Counted from the stretch's first letter, positions 9,748 through 19,479 are shown. The stretch: DNA of 64,000 nt from an uncultured Gemmatimonadales bacterium (GCA_963798845.1 CAWCUS010000001.1:544001-608000); one strand, 5' to 3'. Numbers and translations: made by a program. Notes: generated by a model not told the origin, from the sequence alone.

Positions 9748-10445
9748 GCCACCCTCGCGCTCGGGCAGAGGTCGAACAGGACGCAGGCGTCGCACAGCGG
9801 GCTCGGCGCCTTGCACACGGCGCGGCCATGGAAGATGAACAGGTGCGGCAGGGCGGTCCACGATGCTTTCGGCACCAGGGCGACGAGGTCCTGCTCGATC
9901 TTCTCGGGCGCGGTCTCCGCCGTGAGCCCCAGGCGGCCCGAGAGGCGCTTCACGTGGGTGTCCACGACCACGCCCTCGTCCTTGTCGAATGCGTTGCCCA
10001 GCACGACGTTCGCCGTCTTGCGACCGACGCCCGGCAGCTTCGTCAGCTCCGCCATGCTGTCCGGAATCCGGCCATCGTGCCGCTCCACCACGGCATCCGC
10101 CATCCCCAGCAGGCTCTTCGTCTTCTGCCGGAAGAAGCCCGTGGAGCGGATCAGCTCCTCCACGTCCTCCGTCTTCGCCCCGGCCAGCTCCCTCACAGTC
10201 GGGTAGCGACGGAAGAGCTCGGGCGTGACCATGTTCACCCGCTCATCCGTGCACTGCGCGGACAGGATGGTGGCCACCAGCAGCTCGTACGGATTGGCGT
10301 GTTCCAGCGACGTCGCCGCGTCGGGATACTCCTCCCACAGGCGACGGACGATCTGCTCGACCCGCTCCGCCTTCTCCGCCTTCTTCTCGCCCACGAACCG
10401 GCGGCCGGCGGGCGTCTTCGCCGTCTTTCGCTTGGTCTCGCTCAT
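9744..10445 (-). CDS. nth: Endonuclease III
   Basis: 'LVATILSAQCTDERVN', HhH 'LPGVGRKTANVV', 'VDTHV', 4Fe-4S motif C-x6-C-x2-C-x5-C; ATG overlaps the PolX stop. Confidence 0.97.
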   Translation of the reverse strand: MSETKRKTAKTPAGRRFVGEKKAEKAERVEQIVRRLWEEYPDAATSLEHANPYELLVATILSAQCTDERVNMVTPELFRRYPTVRELAGAKTEDVEELIRSTGFFRQKTKSLLGMADAVVERHDGRIPDSMAELTKLPGVGRKTANVVLGNAFDKDEGVVVDTHVKRLSGRLGLTAETAPEKIEQDLVALVPKASWTALPHLFIFHGRAVCKAPSPLCDACVLFDLCPSARVA

Positions 10446-12292
10446 GTTCCCCCGAAATGCGCCAGCACGCGCTCCAGCTCCCATGTGTTGATCACGTCGT
10501 CCGGCTCCAGCCATCCCTTTCTCGCCATGTGGACGCCGTACATCACCGCGCCGAGCCCGGCCGTGGAGTGTGCATCCGGGTCGATGGCGCACCGGATCCC
10601 CAGGGTCTTCGCCCGCGGCCAGTGCCGCCAGTCCAGGTCCAGACGCGCGGGGTCCGCGTTGATCTCCACCGCGGCGCCCGAGGCCGCGGCCGCCTCCAGC
10701 AGCGCGTCGACGTCCACCTCGTACGCGTCCCGCGTCAGCAGCAGGCGACCCGTGGCGTGGCCGAGGATCCCGCCCCCGCCGCGGCCGCGGGCCGCGCCGG
10801 CGCCGCTCCGGCCGCCCACTCCGGCGCCGTGCGGGGCCGTGCCGCCCAGCCGGGCGATGGCGGCGGTCATCCTGGCCGTCATCCTGTCCCGCCCCATGCG
10901 GAAGCCCGAGTGGACGGACCCCACCACGTAATCCAGCGACGACAGCACGTCATCCGGGTAGTCGAGGCTGCCATCGGACAGGATGTCCGCCTCGGCGCCT
11001 TTCAGAAGGTAGAGCTCCGAGCCGCGGGCCGCGTTCCACCCGTCGATCTCCCGCTGCTGGAGACGGAGCTGCTCGACGCTCAGCCCGCCGGCGTACCCCG
11101 CCGCGGGAGAATGGTCCGCAATGCCCAGGTAGCGCCAGCCGCGGGCCAGCGCCGCCTCCGCCATCTCCGCCACCGTGGCCGTGCCGTCCGACCACGTGGT
11201 GTGGCAGTGGAACGTGCCGCGGAGGTCGTCGTAGGCGACCAGGCGCGGCAGCCGGTGCTCCGCCGCAGCCTCGATCTCCCCCATCCCCTCCCGCAGCTCG
11301 GGCGGGATCCAGTCCAGGTCGAGCGCCGCGTAGAGCGCTGCCTCGTCGTCCACCTCGACGCGGGCATCGTCGCGCCAGAGGCCATTGCCATCGAGGCGCA
11401 GGCCGCGCTCGTCCGCCCGCTCGGCCAGCGCGGCCACGTGCACGGCCGAGCCCGTGTCCACCACCCTCGCCGCCGCGGCCGCTTCCGGGCGCACGCACCG
11501 GACGCGGACGACCATGCCATCCGCCAGCTCACCCTCGACCAGGACCGGCCGTCCCGCGGGCCCACCGCCGGCCCCGACGCGGCGTGGGTCCCGGAGCACG
11601 GGGAGCCCGGCGACGTCGTCGAGCACGGCGTCGCATGAATCGGATACGACGAGCACGTCCACCGCCCCCGCCGTTTCGCACCGCCGCCGGACCTCGCCCG
11701 TGAGCGCCACCTCGAGGACCGGGAGGGTTTCCAGGTGGCCAACCAGGCGCTCGGCCGCGGAGAACGCGCCCGGCTGCCGGCGACGCCCCGCGCTCCGCTC
11801 CACGAACGGGATGCCGGCCAGGATCCGCTCCTGCGTGGCAGGTCCGAAGCCGGGGAGCGCGGCCACACGGCCGGCGGTGGCCGCCTCGCGGAGCGCAGCC
11901 AGGGAGTCTATGCCGAGGCGCTCGACCAGCGTCTGCACGCGCTTGGGGCCGAGGCCCGAGACGGCCCGCAGCTGCGCCTGCCCTGCCGGGGTCTCCTCGC
12001 GGAGGCGGTCGTAGAGGCGAGAGCGGCCGGTCTCCACCATCTCCTGGAGCACCCGGATGATCCCCGGCCCCACGCCGTTCACCTCCGCGAGCTCCCCGGA
12101 CTCGAGCGCGTCCCCAAGGCCGCCGTCCAGCCGATCGAGGACGCGAGCGCCGGTGCGGTACGCGGCCGCGCGGAACGGGTCGTCGTCCTGGAGCCGGAGC
12201 AGCGCCCCGATCTCGTCCAGCACGAGCGCGGCCAGGTGGCGGTCGACACCGGGGCCGGTCGCCCCCGCCTTCGGGGCCGGGACTTCAGCCAC
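10442..12292 (-). CDS. polX: DNA polymerase X / PHP-domain protein (polymerase active site degenerate)
   Basis: 'PFRAAAY', HhH motifs, 'TGSAVH', 'IPPELRE'; PHP motifs 'FHCHTTWSDG', 'ADHS', 'GSVHS', 'EINADP.RLDL', 'DPDAH'. Confidence 0.93.
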   Translation of the reverse strand: MAEVPAPKAGATGPGVDRHLAALVLDEIGALLRLQDDDPFRAAAYRTGARVLDRLDGGLGDALESGELAEVNGVGPGIIRVLQEMVETGRSRLYDRLREETPAGQAQLRAVSGLGPKRVQTLVERLGIDSLAALREAATAGRVAALPGFGPATQERILAGIPFVERSAGRRRQPGAFSAAERLVGHLETLPVLEVALTGEVRRRCETAGAVDVLVVSDSCDAVLDDVAGLPVLRDPRRVGAGGGPAGRPVLVEGELADGMVVRVRCVRPEAAAAARVVDTGSAVHVAALAERADERGLRLDGNGLWRDDARVEVDDEAALYAALDLDWIPPELREGMGEIEAAAEHRLPRLVAYDDLRGTFHCHTTWSDGTATVAEMAEAALARGWRYLGIADHSPAAGYAGGLSVEQLRLQQREIDGWNAARGSELYLLKGAEADILSDGSLDYPDDVLSSLDYVVGSVHSGFRMGRDRMTARMTAAIARLGGTAPHGAGVGGRSGAGAARGRGGGGILGHATGRLLLTRDAYEVDVDALLEAAAASGAAVEINADPARLDLDWRHWPRAKTLGIRCAIDPDAHSTAGLGAVMYGVHMARKGWLEPDDVINTWELERVLAHFGGT

Positions 12293-13152
12293 TCGCCGGA
12301 TCCAGCGCCCAGAAACAGAGCGAGGCCAGCTTCAGCAGCTCCGCCGACGTCGCGACCGAGTACAGCCGCTCCATCTCGCCGCCAGGGAGCGTGGTCTCGA
12401 AATCCTTGCCGTCCGGGCGCGCGTCAGCTTCCGCCCAGTGCGGTTCGTCGTCCAGCACCCCCGTGGCGCTCACGATGCTGAAGCCCGGACGACCCGGCCG
12501 CACGCCCAGCGGCATGAGCACGTGCAGCTCCGGCGCCGCCTCGTCCCGCTCCACCAGCGACCAGAAGAACCCGTCCGCAGGCTCCGGGCGCATCCCCGGC
12601 GACGGCGAGGCCCAGACCAGGTTCCGCGGAAGCCGGAGGTACCCCGCCGACGACGGCAGGGTCAGCTCCCAATCGCCCACTCGCGTCACCTCATCCAGAA
12701 GCCACCGCACCTTCTCCGCGTCCAGCGACTCGGTGCGCTTCCCCCCGCGCCAGAACCGGAACGCGTGGTACAGCACGCGCCCATACTGCCGCAGCGCATC
12801 GTCGGCGGCGGCCCCGGCGGCGCCGGCGGCGCCGGCGGCCCCGGCGGCGTCGGCGGCGGCGGCGTCGGCGGCCCCGGCGGCGTCCGGCGTGCCGTCGGCG
12901 GCCACCGGCGGCGTCGGCGGCGTCGGCGGTCCGGGTGCCCTCGGGCGCCGAAGCGCCGGCCATCGCCTCGTCGCCCGCAATGGCGTGGAGCAGGCGACCT
13001 ACGCTGGTCAGGAAGAGGAAGCGGTCCGGGTCATCCACGGCCACGCCCCTCGCCTCCGCCTCCTCCGCGATCGGCGGGAACAGCCGCTCGTCGATGGACT
13101 CCGCCCCGAAAACGAGGTGGTACGGACTGGGTCGCTCGTTGGGCTCGGTCAT
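12285..13152 (-). CDS. Conserved hypothetical protein (frameshift near 12905 inside an Ala/Gly/Asp repeat linker)
   Basis: N-part 'MTEPNERPSPYHLVFG...' (13152) and C-part 'ALRQYGRVLYHAFRFW...YLRLPRNLVW...GVRPGRPGFS...DFETTLPGGE' lie in different frames; stop overlaps the polX start. Confidence 0.7.
12800..12930. repeat. 9-bp GC-rich tandem repeat (GGCGGCGTC/GGCGGCGCC/GGCGGCCCC)
   Basis: Many copies seen directly; encodes AAD/AAG triplets on the minus strand. Confidence 0.75.
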
Positions 13153-13242
13153 GGGTCACATCATAGGCCGGAGGGGTGCGGGCGTCACGAGGCGACGGCC
13201 GTTCGCGTCACCAGGCGGGTTCCGTTCAAGATTCCTGCCGGA

Positions 13243-13296
13243 GGGCATGGGGCATGGGGCATGGGGCATGGGGCATGGGGCGGGGGGCTGGGGGGC
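13243..13296. repeat. (GGGGCAT)n heptamer microsatellite plus G-tracts
   Basis: gggcat followed by four ggggcat units, then ggggcggggggctgggggg; intergenic. Confidence 0.9.
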
Positions 13297-13544
13297 GCCG
13301 TGGATCGGACAATGGACCGGCGCGGCGTCGTGATGGGGCGATCGACGGCGAATAATGCCGTGCATCGTACACGCGCCAACGTTCGGCGCTTCGCTTGTGT
13401 ACGACGGGCGGCGCATACGCACGTCCGTTGAACAATGAACCCGCCGGGGCGGGCCCGTTGGGCGGTCGACGGCAGCCGCGGCGCGCGGACATTCGACACG
13501 GCGTGCCCCGCCGCCACCGGTCAGCCGCGACGCGAAGCGCTCCC

Positions 13545-14354
13545 CTACACCGCCCTCGCCACGCCCTCCGCCTGGACCACCCGGAGCGGCCGCCGCGTCA
13601 GCAGCCGCCGCAGCGCCGCCAGGGTCCCCTGCCGTCGCACGAGCACGAGGCACACTCCGCCGTGCGCCGCCATGCCGTCGACGATGTCGACGAACGTGAC
13701 GTCCCCGACTTCGGCGGGTGGGTCGATGGCATAACAATGGCCCTGGAGCGCGAACTCAATGGGTGGGCTGGCGTCGCGGCCCCGCGCGGTTTGCGCCGCC
13801 CGCGAAGCCTCCAGCGTGGCGCCAGCCGCGGGTCGGGACGGCTCTGCGGCCGGAACGACGGTGTGCCCGGCGTCGTCGACCTCGACCTCGATGAAGAGGT
13901 CGCCGTCGGCATCGAATGTGGCGGGGGCGACGTTCTCACCGGAGCGGAAGAACCAGGGGTCGAAGGAGTCGCCCTGAAGGCGCTTGAAGTTCTCGTCGAC
14001 GGCGTAGTCGACGTCCTCGAGGGCGTCCTCGGTGGCGAGGGATTCGAGGTGGTGGCGGAGCTCGTGGTGGATGGTCTCCCAGATCTCGTACTCCCAGTCG
14101 AACTCGGGATCGAGCCGGGCGAGGCGGCGGAACGAGCCGTAGTAGAGGACCAGCACGGAGCGGGTGGTGTCGGGGCCGTCCCAGTCGGAGGGGTAGCTCT
14201 CCGTGAGGCACTCACCGAGCGTATAGACGCCATCGAGCCCCGGGTGCGGCTGAGCGCCGCTCCGCAGGACCAGGCCGTCCACGCCCGCGCGGTACTCGTC
14301 CGGGATCGCCTCCCAGGCTTCCATGGCCCGCCGCTCGAACGCCTGGAACCGCAC
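13545..14354 (-). CDS. Zincin-like metallopeptidase family protein
   Basis: 'YTLGEC', 'LVLYYGSF', HExxH motif 'TIHHELRHHLE'. Confidence 0.75.
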   Translation of the reverse strand: MRFQAFERRAMEAWEAIPDEYRAGVDGLVLRSGAQPHPGLDGVYTLGECLTESYPSDWDGPDTTRSVLVLYYGSFRRLARLDPEFDWEYEIWETIHHELRHHLESLATEDALEDVDYAVDENFKRLQGDSFDPWFFRSGENVAPATFDADGDLFIEVEVDDAGHTVVPAAEPSRPAAGATLEASRAAQTARGRDASPPIEFALQGHCYAIDPPAEVGDVTFVDIVDGMAAHGGVCLVLVRRQGTLAALRRLLTRRPLRVVQAEGVARAV

Positions 14355-14366
14355 GGAGCCGTCGGC

Positions 14367-16061
14367 TCAGGGGATGGAGGCGGGCATCTCGCCCTCGGGG
14401 GCCTCATCGCGATCGACGTCCGGCCGGGTGCGTCGCACGAGCCAGCGGTTGAGGGCGAGGAAGAGAGCGAGCGCGGCGGCCCACTGGGCGAGGGTGTTGA
14501 GGAGTCCGTAGCGGCCCCAGACATCCGCGAGCCCGCCCTGGTACAGCCACCAGAGGATGAGGACCACCGCTTCGACCACCACCAGCCGGATCGACCACTC
14601 CCACCAGCGGCCGATGCGGATGTCGGCGAAGGGCGTGTTCACGAACTCCTCCCGGAACCGCCGCACGCCGTGGCGCAGCACTGCGGTGGCGAAGAAGAGG
14701 CCCGAGACCATGAGCCCCACGCCCCAGACCCAGTCCTGGTTCTCGAACACGGTCATGGAGAGGGCGGAGGGGATGCCGAGCCCGAAGCCGAAGGTGCCCA
14801 CCACGGCGAGCGCGGCGCGGCGCGTCATGCCGCCATCGACCAGCACGCGTACCGCCAGCTCGATCATGGAGATGAGCGACGAGAGAGCGGCGAAGGCGAG
14901 CGCGAGGAAGAAGAACGTGGTCAGCAGTCGCCCGAGCGGGAGCGTATTGAAGATCTGGGGGACCCAGATGAACGTGAGGCCGTTGTTTCCGCTCCCCAGC
15001 ACCGCCTCGGACAGCGCCTTCGGCTCCAGCCCGCCCGTGGCCTGCGCCACGGCCATGCGCGTCTCGGCGGGGACCGCCTCGTTCTTGAAGAAGCCCTGGA
15101 CCTGGCCCTCCTCCATCGGGCTGCCCACCAGCCCCTGCAACTGGTCCGGTGGGAGAGCGGCCAACCCCGCCTCCAGCTGGGTCTCCAGGCCCGGATAGGC
15201 AAGGAGGGCGTGCTCGAAGCCCGTGGGCGTCGCCACGATCCGCGCCGCCAGCCCCGGCCCGGCGGCGAACACCGTGCAGATCACCATGATCCCCGCCAGG
15301 AGGCTGACGGAGTTGTTGCCGAAGCCCAGCATGAACGCGTTGAGAGTGGAGTCCTCCTGGCGCCTCATGTAGACGGCGTAGGCGACGATGAGCCCCCAGC
15401 CCGCCCCCGTGTCCCAGGCGTTCTGGGTCAGCGCTTCCAGCCAGATCCGGTAGTTGGCCAGCTCGTGCCACTCGGGCGTGAACAGGTAGTTCAGACCGCC
15501 CACGGCCCCCGGCAGCGTGACCGCGCGGATGGCGAGGAAGACCACCAGCACGAAAAGCGACGGGATCATGAAACGCGCGGCCACCTCGATTCCGCGCACC
15601 CCACGGGCCACCACCACCAGCCCGATCGCCATGGCGATGGCGTGCGTGACCAGCGCCCACGGCGTGCCCGCGAAGGTGACCCACAGCGACCCCGGGATCT
15701 CGCCCGCCAGCTGCCCCGTGATCCCAGCCCACGTGTAGCGGAGCGTCCAGCCGGTGACCACGCTGTAGTAGAACATGATCGCCGTTGCAGTCCACGCCAC
15801 CCACGCGCCCATCCACGCGTACTTCGGCCCGGCGACACGGGCGAACGCACCCACCGGTCCGTAGCGGGTGCCCCGCCCCATGGCGAACTCCACCAGGATC
15901 AGCGGGATGCTCCAGAGGAGGAGGAAGGCCACCCAGGCGACGAGGAAGGAGCCGCCCCCGTTGGCAGCGGCGACGCGCGGGAACCGCCATATGTTTCCCG
16001 TCCCCACGGCCATGCCCAGCATGGCCAGCATCATCCCCCAGCGGCTGGAAAAACGGGACAC
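14367..16061 (-). CDS. Sodium-dependent transporter, NSS/SNF family
   Basis: 'AVGTGNIWRFP', 'NGGGSF', 'FYYSVVTGW', 'FAALSSLISMIE'; GTG at 16061 with CAGGAG RBS. Confidence 0.93.
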   Translation of the reverse strand: MSRFSSRWGMMLAMLGMAVGTGNIWRFPRVAAANGGGSFLVAWVAFLLLWSIPLILVEFAMGRGTRYGPVGAFARVAGPKYAWMGAWVAWTATAIMFYYSVVTGWTLRYTWAGITGQLAGEIPGSLWVTFAGTPWALVTHAIAMAIGLVVVARGVRGIEVAARFMIPSLFVLVVFLAIRAVTLPGAVGGLNYLFTPEWHELANYRIWLEALTQNAWDTGAGWGLIVAYAVYMRRQEDSTLNAFMLGFGNNSVSLLAGIMVICTVFAAGPGLAARIVATPTGFEHALLAYPGLETQLEAGLAALPPDQLQGLVGSPMEEGQVQGFFKNEAVPAETRMAVAQATGGLEPKALSEAVLGSGNNGLTFIWVPQIFNTLPLGRLLTTFFFLALAFAALSSLISMIELAVRVLVDGGMTRRAALAVVGTFGFGLGIPSALSMTVFENQDWVWGVGLMVSGLFFATAVLRHGVRRFREEFVNTPFADIRIGRWWEWSIRLVVVEAVVLILWWLYQGGLADVWGRYGLLNTLAQWAAALALFLALNRWLVRRTRPDVDRDEAPEGEMPASIP

Positions 16062-16136
16062 GATCTTGTGCTCCTGGAAAGGCGTCGGGAAGGTCCGAAG
16101 CCTAGGCGCCGCGACGGGCCCGGGCAAGAGCGAGGA

Positions 16137-16500
16137 TCGATCCGCGCTCGGTCGCTACGCTCCCTCCCGCGGACCGCGGGGCGCGGATTCGAACCTCGGC
16201 GGCCTGGCGGCCGCCTCGGCGCCGCTCCGCGGCGATTCGACGGGCGACGTCGCCGACGTCGCCCGCGGCGCGAAGCGCCGATTCCTCCCCCAACGCCCAC
16301 CCCGGTGCGCAGCCCGCCTCGTGGAGCGCGCCCGCCCGCCTCCGGTTGCGTCGAATCCCGCAACGCGGGTCGCGGCGGGAGCGAAGCGACCGCCGCGATC
16401 GAATCCCGCAACGCGGGTCGCGGCCGGGAGCGAAGCGACCGCCGCGATCGAATCCCGCAACGCGGGTCGCGGCCGGGAGCGAAGCGACCGCCGCGATCGA
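16137..16500. repeat. REP/BIME-like cluster: three tandem 48-49-bp units plus a degenerate inverted copy
   Basis: TCGAATCCCGCAACGCGGGTCGCGG(C)CGGGAGCGAAGCGACCGCCGCGA at 16351-16398, 16399-16447 and 16448-16496; inverted related copy at 16137-16192. Confidence 0.88.
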
Positions 16501-16564
16501 CAGCGGAGCCGCCGCCAGGCGGCGGAGCGTTCGCCGCCGAGCCCCGCAGAAAGACTCCGGCTAC

Positions 16565-17893
16565 CTAAGCGATTCGGTCGCGCACATACCCGACCACGCG
16601 ATCGGCCGCGATGCGAACCTGCTCCAGCGAATCGCGGTCGCGCACCGTCACGGTCCCATCCTCGCTGGTCTGGCCGTCGATGGTGAGGCAGAACGGAGTG
16701 CCGGCCTCATCCTGGCGGCGGTAGCGCTTCCCGATGGAGCCGCTGGCGTCGTAGAAGGAGTTGACTGCGGCCTTCTTGAAATCGGCGTTGAGCTTCTCGG
16801 CGATCTCGGGGAGGCCGTCCTTGTTGACGAGAGGGAAGATGGCGGCCTTGATGGGCGCGAGCCCGGGGTGGAGTCCGAGGACCACGCGCTGCTCGCCCTG
16901 CACCTGTTCCTCGCGGTAGGCGTCGGCCAGCACCACGAGGGCGGTGCGGTCGGCACCGGCTGAGGTCTCGATGATGTAGGGGAGATAGCGCCTGCTGGTG
17001 TCCGCGGGGTCAATGTATTCGAGGCGCTTGCCGGAATGCTCCTGGTGGCGCGTGAGGTCGAAGTCGGTCCGGTTGTGGATGCCCTCGAACTCCTTCCAGC
17101 CGAACGGCAGCTCGTACTCGATGTCGAACGCCTTCTTGGCGTAGTGCGCCAGCTCGTCGGGCGTGTGCTGGTGGAAGCGGAGCTTCTCCGGACGGATCCC
17201 GAGCGACTTCACCCAGTCCATCCGCTTCTCCCGCCAGTATTCCATCCACTGGTCGTCGGTGCCGGGCTCGACGAAGAACTGCATCTCCATCTGCTCGAAC
17301 TCGCGCGTCCGGAAGATGAAGTTCCCGGGGGTGATCTCGTTGCGGAACGCCTTCCCGATCTGCGCGATCCCGAACGGGACCCGCTGCCGCGCCGTGGTCA
17401 GGACGTTCTGGAAGTTGACGTAGATCCCCTGCGCGGTCTCCGGGCGCAGATAGACGACGGCGGCATCCTCCTCTACCGGCCCCATGAACGTCTTGAACAT
17501 GAGGTTGAAGTTTCGCGGCTCCGAGAACGCGTCCGTGGAACCGCACACCGGGCACTGCCCGTCGTGGATCCCGGGATTGTCGGCGCGGAACCGCCGGTGG
17601 CAGTTGCGGCACTCCACAAGCGGATCGGTGAACCCCTCCACGTGGCCGCTCGCCACCCACACCTCGGGGTTCATGAGGATCGCCGCGTCCAGCCCCTCGA
17701 TGTCGTCGCGCTCGTGGACCATGGCGCGCCACCACGCGGCCTTGATGCTGTTCTTCAGCTCCACGCCCAGAGGGCCGTAGTCCCACACGGAGCCGGTGCC
17801 GCCGTAGATCTCGGAGGACTGGAAGACGTAGCCCCGCCGCTTGCACAGCGAGACGAGCTTGTCCATCAGGTCGTTCGTGTTTCCGTTGCTCAT
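16565..17893 (-). CDS. glyQS: Glycine--tRNA ligase (homodimeric class IIa type)
   Basis: '[17 protein letters not shown]', 'YLRPETAQG', '[10 protein letters not shown]', 'REFEQME', '[15 protein letters not shown]'. Confidence 0.98.
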   Translation of the reverse strand: MSNGNTNDLMDKLVSLCKRRGYVFQSSEIYGGTGSVWDYGPLGVELKNSIKAAWWRAMVHERDDIEGLDAAILMNPEVWVASGHVEGFTDPLVECRNCHRRFRADNPGIHDGQCPVCGSTDAFSEPRNFNLMFKTFMGPVEEDAAVVYLRPETAQGIYVNFQNVLTTARQRVPFGIAQIGKAFRNEITPGNFIFRTREFEQMEMQFFVEPGTDDQWMEYWREKRMDWVKSLGIRPEKLRFHQHTPDELAHYAKKAFDIEYELPFGWKEFEGIHNRTDFDLTRHQEHSGKRLEYIDPADTSRRYLPYIIETSAGADRTALVVLADAYREEQVQGEQRVVLGLHPGLAPIKAAIFPLVNKDGLPEIAEKLNADFKKAAVNSFYDASGSIGKRYRRQDEAGTPFCLTIDGQTSEDGTVTVRDRDSLEQVRIAADRVVGYVRDRIA

Positions 17894-17905
17894 AGGGCGC
17901 GGAAC

Positions 17906-19009
17906 CTACCGAACGCCCGGCTGACCGAGCAAGGCACCGAGCGCGCCGCTCACCTTCCGGGCGATCCCCGCCGCGTCCAGCTCCGTCTCACCGCCGGTCA
18001 CCACCGTCACGCCCTCCTCCACGTCTGCGTGGGCGCGTCCGACCACCAGCAGCACCGGCACGCCGGCGGCGCGCGCCCGGCGCACCACTTCCCCCGCGGC
18101 CTTCCCCATGAACGACTGGTCGTCCCACGAGCCCTCGCCGGTCACCACCAGCGTCGCTTCCGGCAGCAGGGCGTCGAACCCGGTCGCCTCCAGCACCCAC
18201 GGGGCTCCCCGCCGGAGCGTCGCGCCCAGGAGAGCGGCGAAGGCGGCGCCGAGGCCGCCCGCGGCGCCGGCGCCTTCCAGCGGAGCCACGACGCGGCCGA
18301 GGTCGCGCCGGACGATGTCCGCCCAGTGGCGCAGTGCGCGCTCGAGCTGCTCCACCTGGGCGGCGCTGGCGCCCTTCTGCGGGCCGAACACCGCCGCGGC
18401 GCCGTTGGACCCGAGCAGCGGGTTGTCCACGTCAGTGAGAACGATGGGGGTGGAGAACGGGGGTTCGGCAGGGGAGTCGATGGCAGCCAGGCGGATCAAG
18501 CCGAGGCCGCCGGGCGGGATCGGGTGACCGGCGTCGTCGAGGAGCGACCAGCCGAGGGCCTGAGCCATGCCGGCGCCCGCGTCCACGGTGGCCGAGCCGC
18601 CGAGGCCGACCACGACGGGGTGGTCGCCCGCCGCCCGGGCCGCAGCGATGAGCAGCTCTCCGACGCCGCGGCTGGAAGCGCGCATGGGGTCGAGGAGCGG
18701 GCGGGGGACCAGGTGCAGCCCGCACGCTTCGGCGGTTTCGACAACCACCCGGTCGTCCTGCTGCAGGTACCGGGCGGAAACCGAGCTGCCGAGCGGTCCG
18801 GCGACGCGCACCCCGTGCGCCTTTCCGCCCCCCGCCGCCTCCATCGCCTCCAGCAGGCCGTCCCCCCCGTCGGCCATCGGGAGAACATGGATCTCATGGG
18901 CGCCCACCCGCGCGGCCGCGACCGCCTCCCGTGCCCCCTCCGCCATAGCCTCGCCGACCTGGCGGGCCGTCATCGTCCCCTTGAACGCCGTCGGTGCGAT
19001 CAGGATCAC
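17906..19009 (-). CDS. glxK: Glycerate kinase (class I)
   Basis: 'IAPTAFKGT', 'PMADGGDG', 'GLGGSATVDAG', 'FGPQKGA', 'GAAGGLG', 'TGEG..D.QS..GK'. Confidence 0.92.
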   Translation of the reverse strand: MILIAPTAFKGTMTARQVGEAMAEGAREAVAAARVGAHEIHVLPMADGGDGLLEAMEAAGGGKAHGVRVAGPLGSSVSARYLQQDDRVVVETAEACGLHLVPRPLLDPMRASSRGVGELLIAAARAAGDHPVVVGLGGSATVDAGAGMAQALGWSLLDDAGHPIPPGGLGLIRLAAIDSPAEPPFSTPIVLTDVDNPLLGSNGAAAVFGPQKGASAAQVEQLERALRHWADIVRRDLGRVVAPLEGAGAAGGLGAAFAALLGATLRRGAPWVLEATGFDALLPEATLVVTGEGSWDDQSFMGKAAGEVVRRARAAGVPVLLVVGRAHADVEEGVTVVTGGETELDAAGIARKVSGALGALLGQPGVR

Positions 19010-19082
19010 GCTCCCCTCCCCGTTCGAAAGCCGGTTCGGGAGCGAAATCTATCGTGGAGACCGCGATTCGACGAACGCGCGC

Positions 19083-19406
19083 TCAGGTCCGCCGGCTGGT
19101 TTCCCGGTGGGCGGGTGGCGCGGGTCGCGTTTCGATGCGGAAGAGGCCGAGTCGCTGAGCCATGATCAGGTAGGCGGCCCAGACTATGACGCCGCCGAAG
19201 GCGAGGATGCCGGTGAGCCCGCCGACGGCGAGCGTGCAGAGGATGCCGAAGAGGAGGAAGAGCCCGGCGATGGCCGCCAGGCCCACGTCGGTCCCGCCGT
19301 CGTCCACCTCGCGGAAGCGACCCACCGCGAGCGCTGCGCCTGCCCCGGCGAAACCGCCGAGGGCGAACAACAGGAGCAGGAGACGCATGCCGCGGGCGGT
19401 GATCAT
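19083..19406 (-). CDS. Small hypothetical membrane protein
   Basis: Three hydrophobic segments, GGAG RBS, co-oriented within the operon. Confidence 0.65.
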   Translation of the reverse strand: MITARGMRLLLLLFALGGFAGAGAALAVGRFREVDDGGTDVGLAAIAGLFLLFGILCTLAVGGLTGILAFGGVIVWAAYLIMAQRLGLFRIETRPAPPAHRETSRRT

Positions 19407-19479
19407 GGGACAGCTCCGGATCCTCTACTGGGACAGTGCTCGCCGACCTCCGCTCACCAGAGTTGCAAGGGGCGTTCCC

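Noticed and set aside
6811..9861. 1016-aa DUF255 fusion ORF extending over the HD gene
   Set aside because: Its C-terminal part is out-of-frame run-on after the frameshift near 8040; the real C-terminus ends at 7512.
16351..16500. Tandem 48-49-bp repeats as a CRISPR array
   Set aside because: The units are contiguous with no unique spacers, and no cas genes are in the window.
16061..16560. T-box or amino-acid riboswitch between glyQS and the NSS transporter
   Set aside because: I could not find a T-box or glycine riboswitch consensus; the region is explained by palindromic repeats. An Rfam scan would be decisive.
13395..16568. 1057-aa plus-strand ORF, and similar long ORFs such as 30065-32470, 39198-42002, 17036-19165 and 48641-50923
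   Set aside because: Antisense shadows of recognisable genes in high-GC DNA; Arg/Pro/Gly-rich with no motifs.
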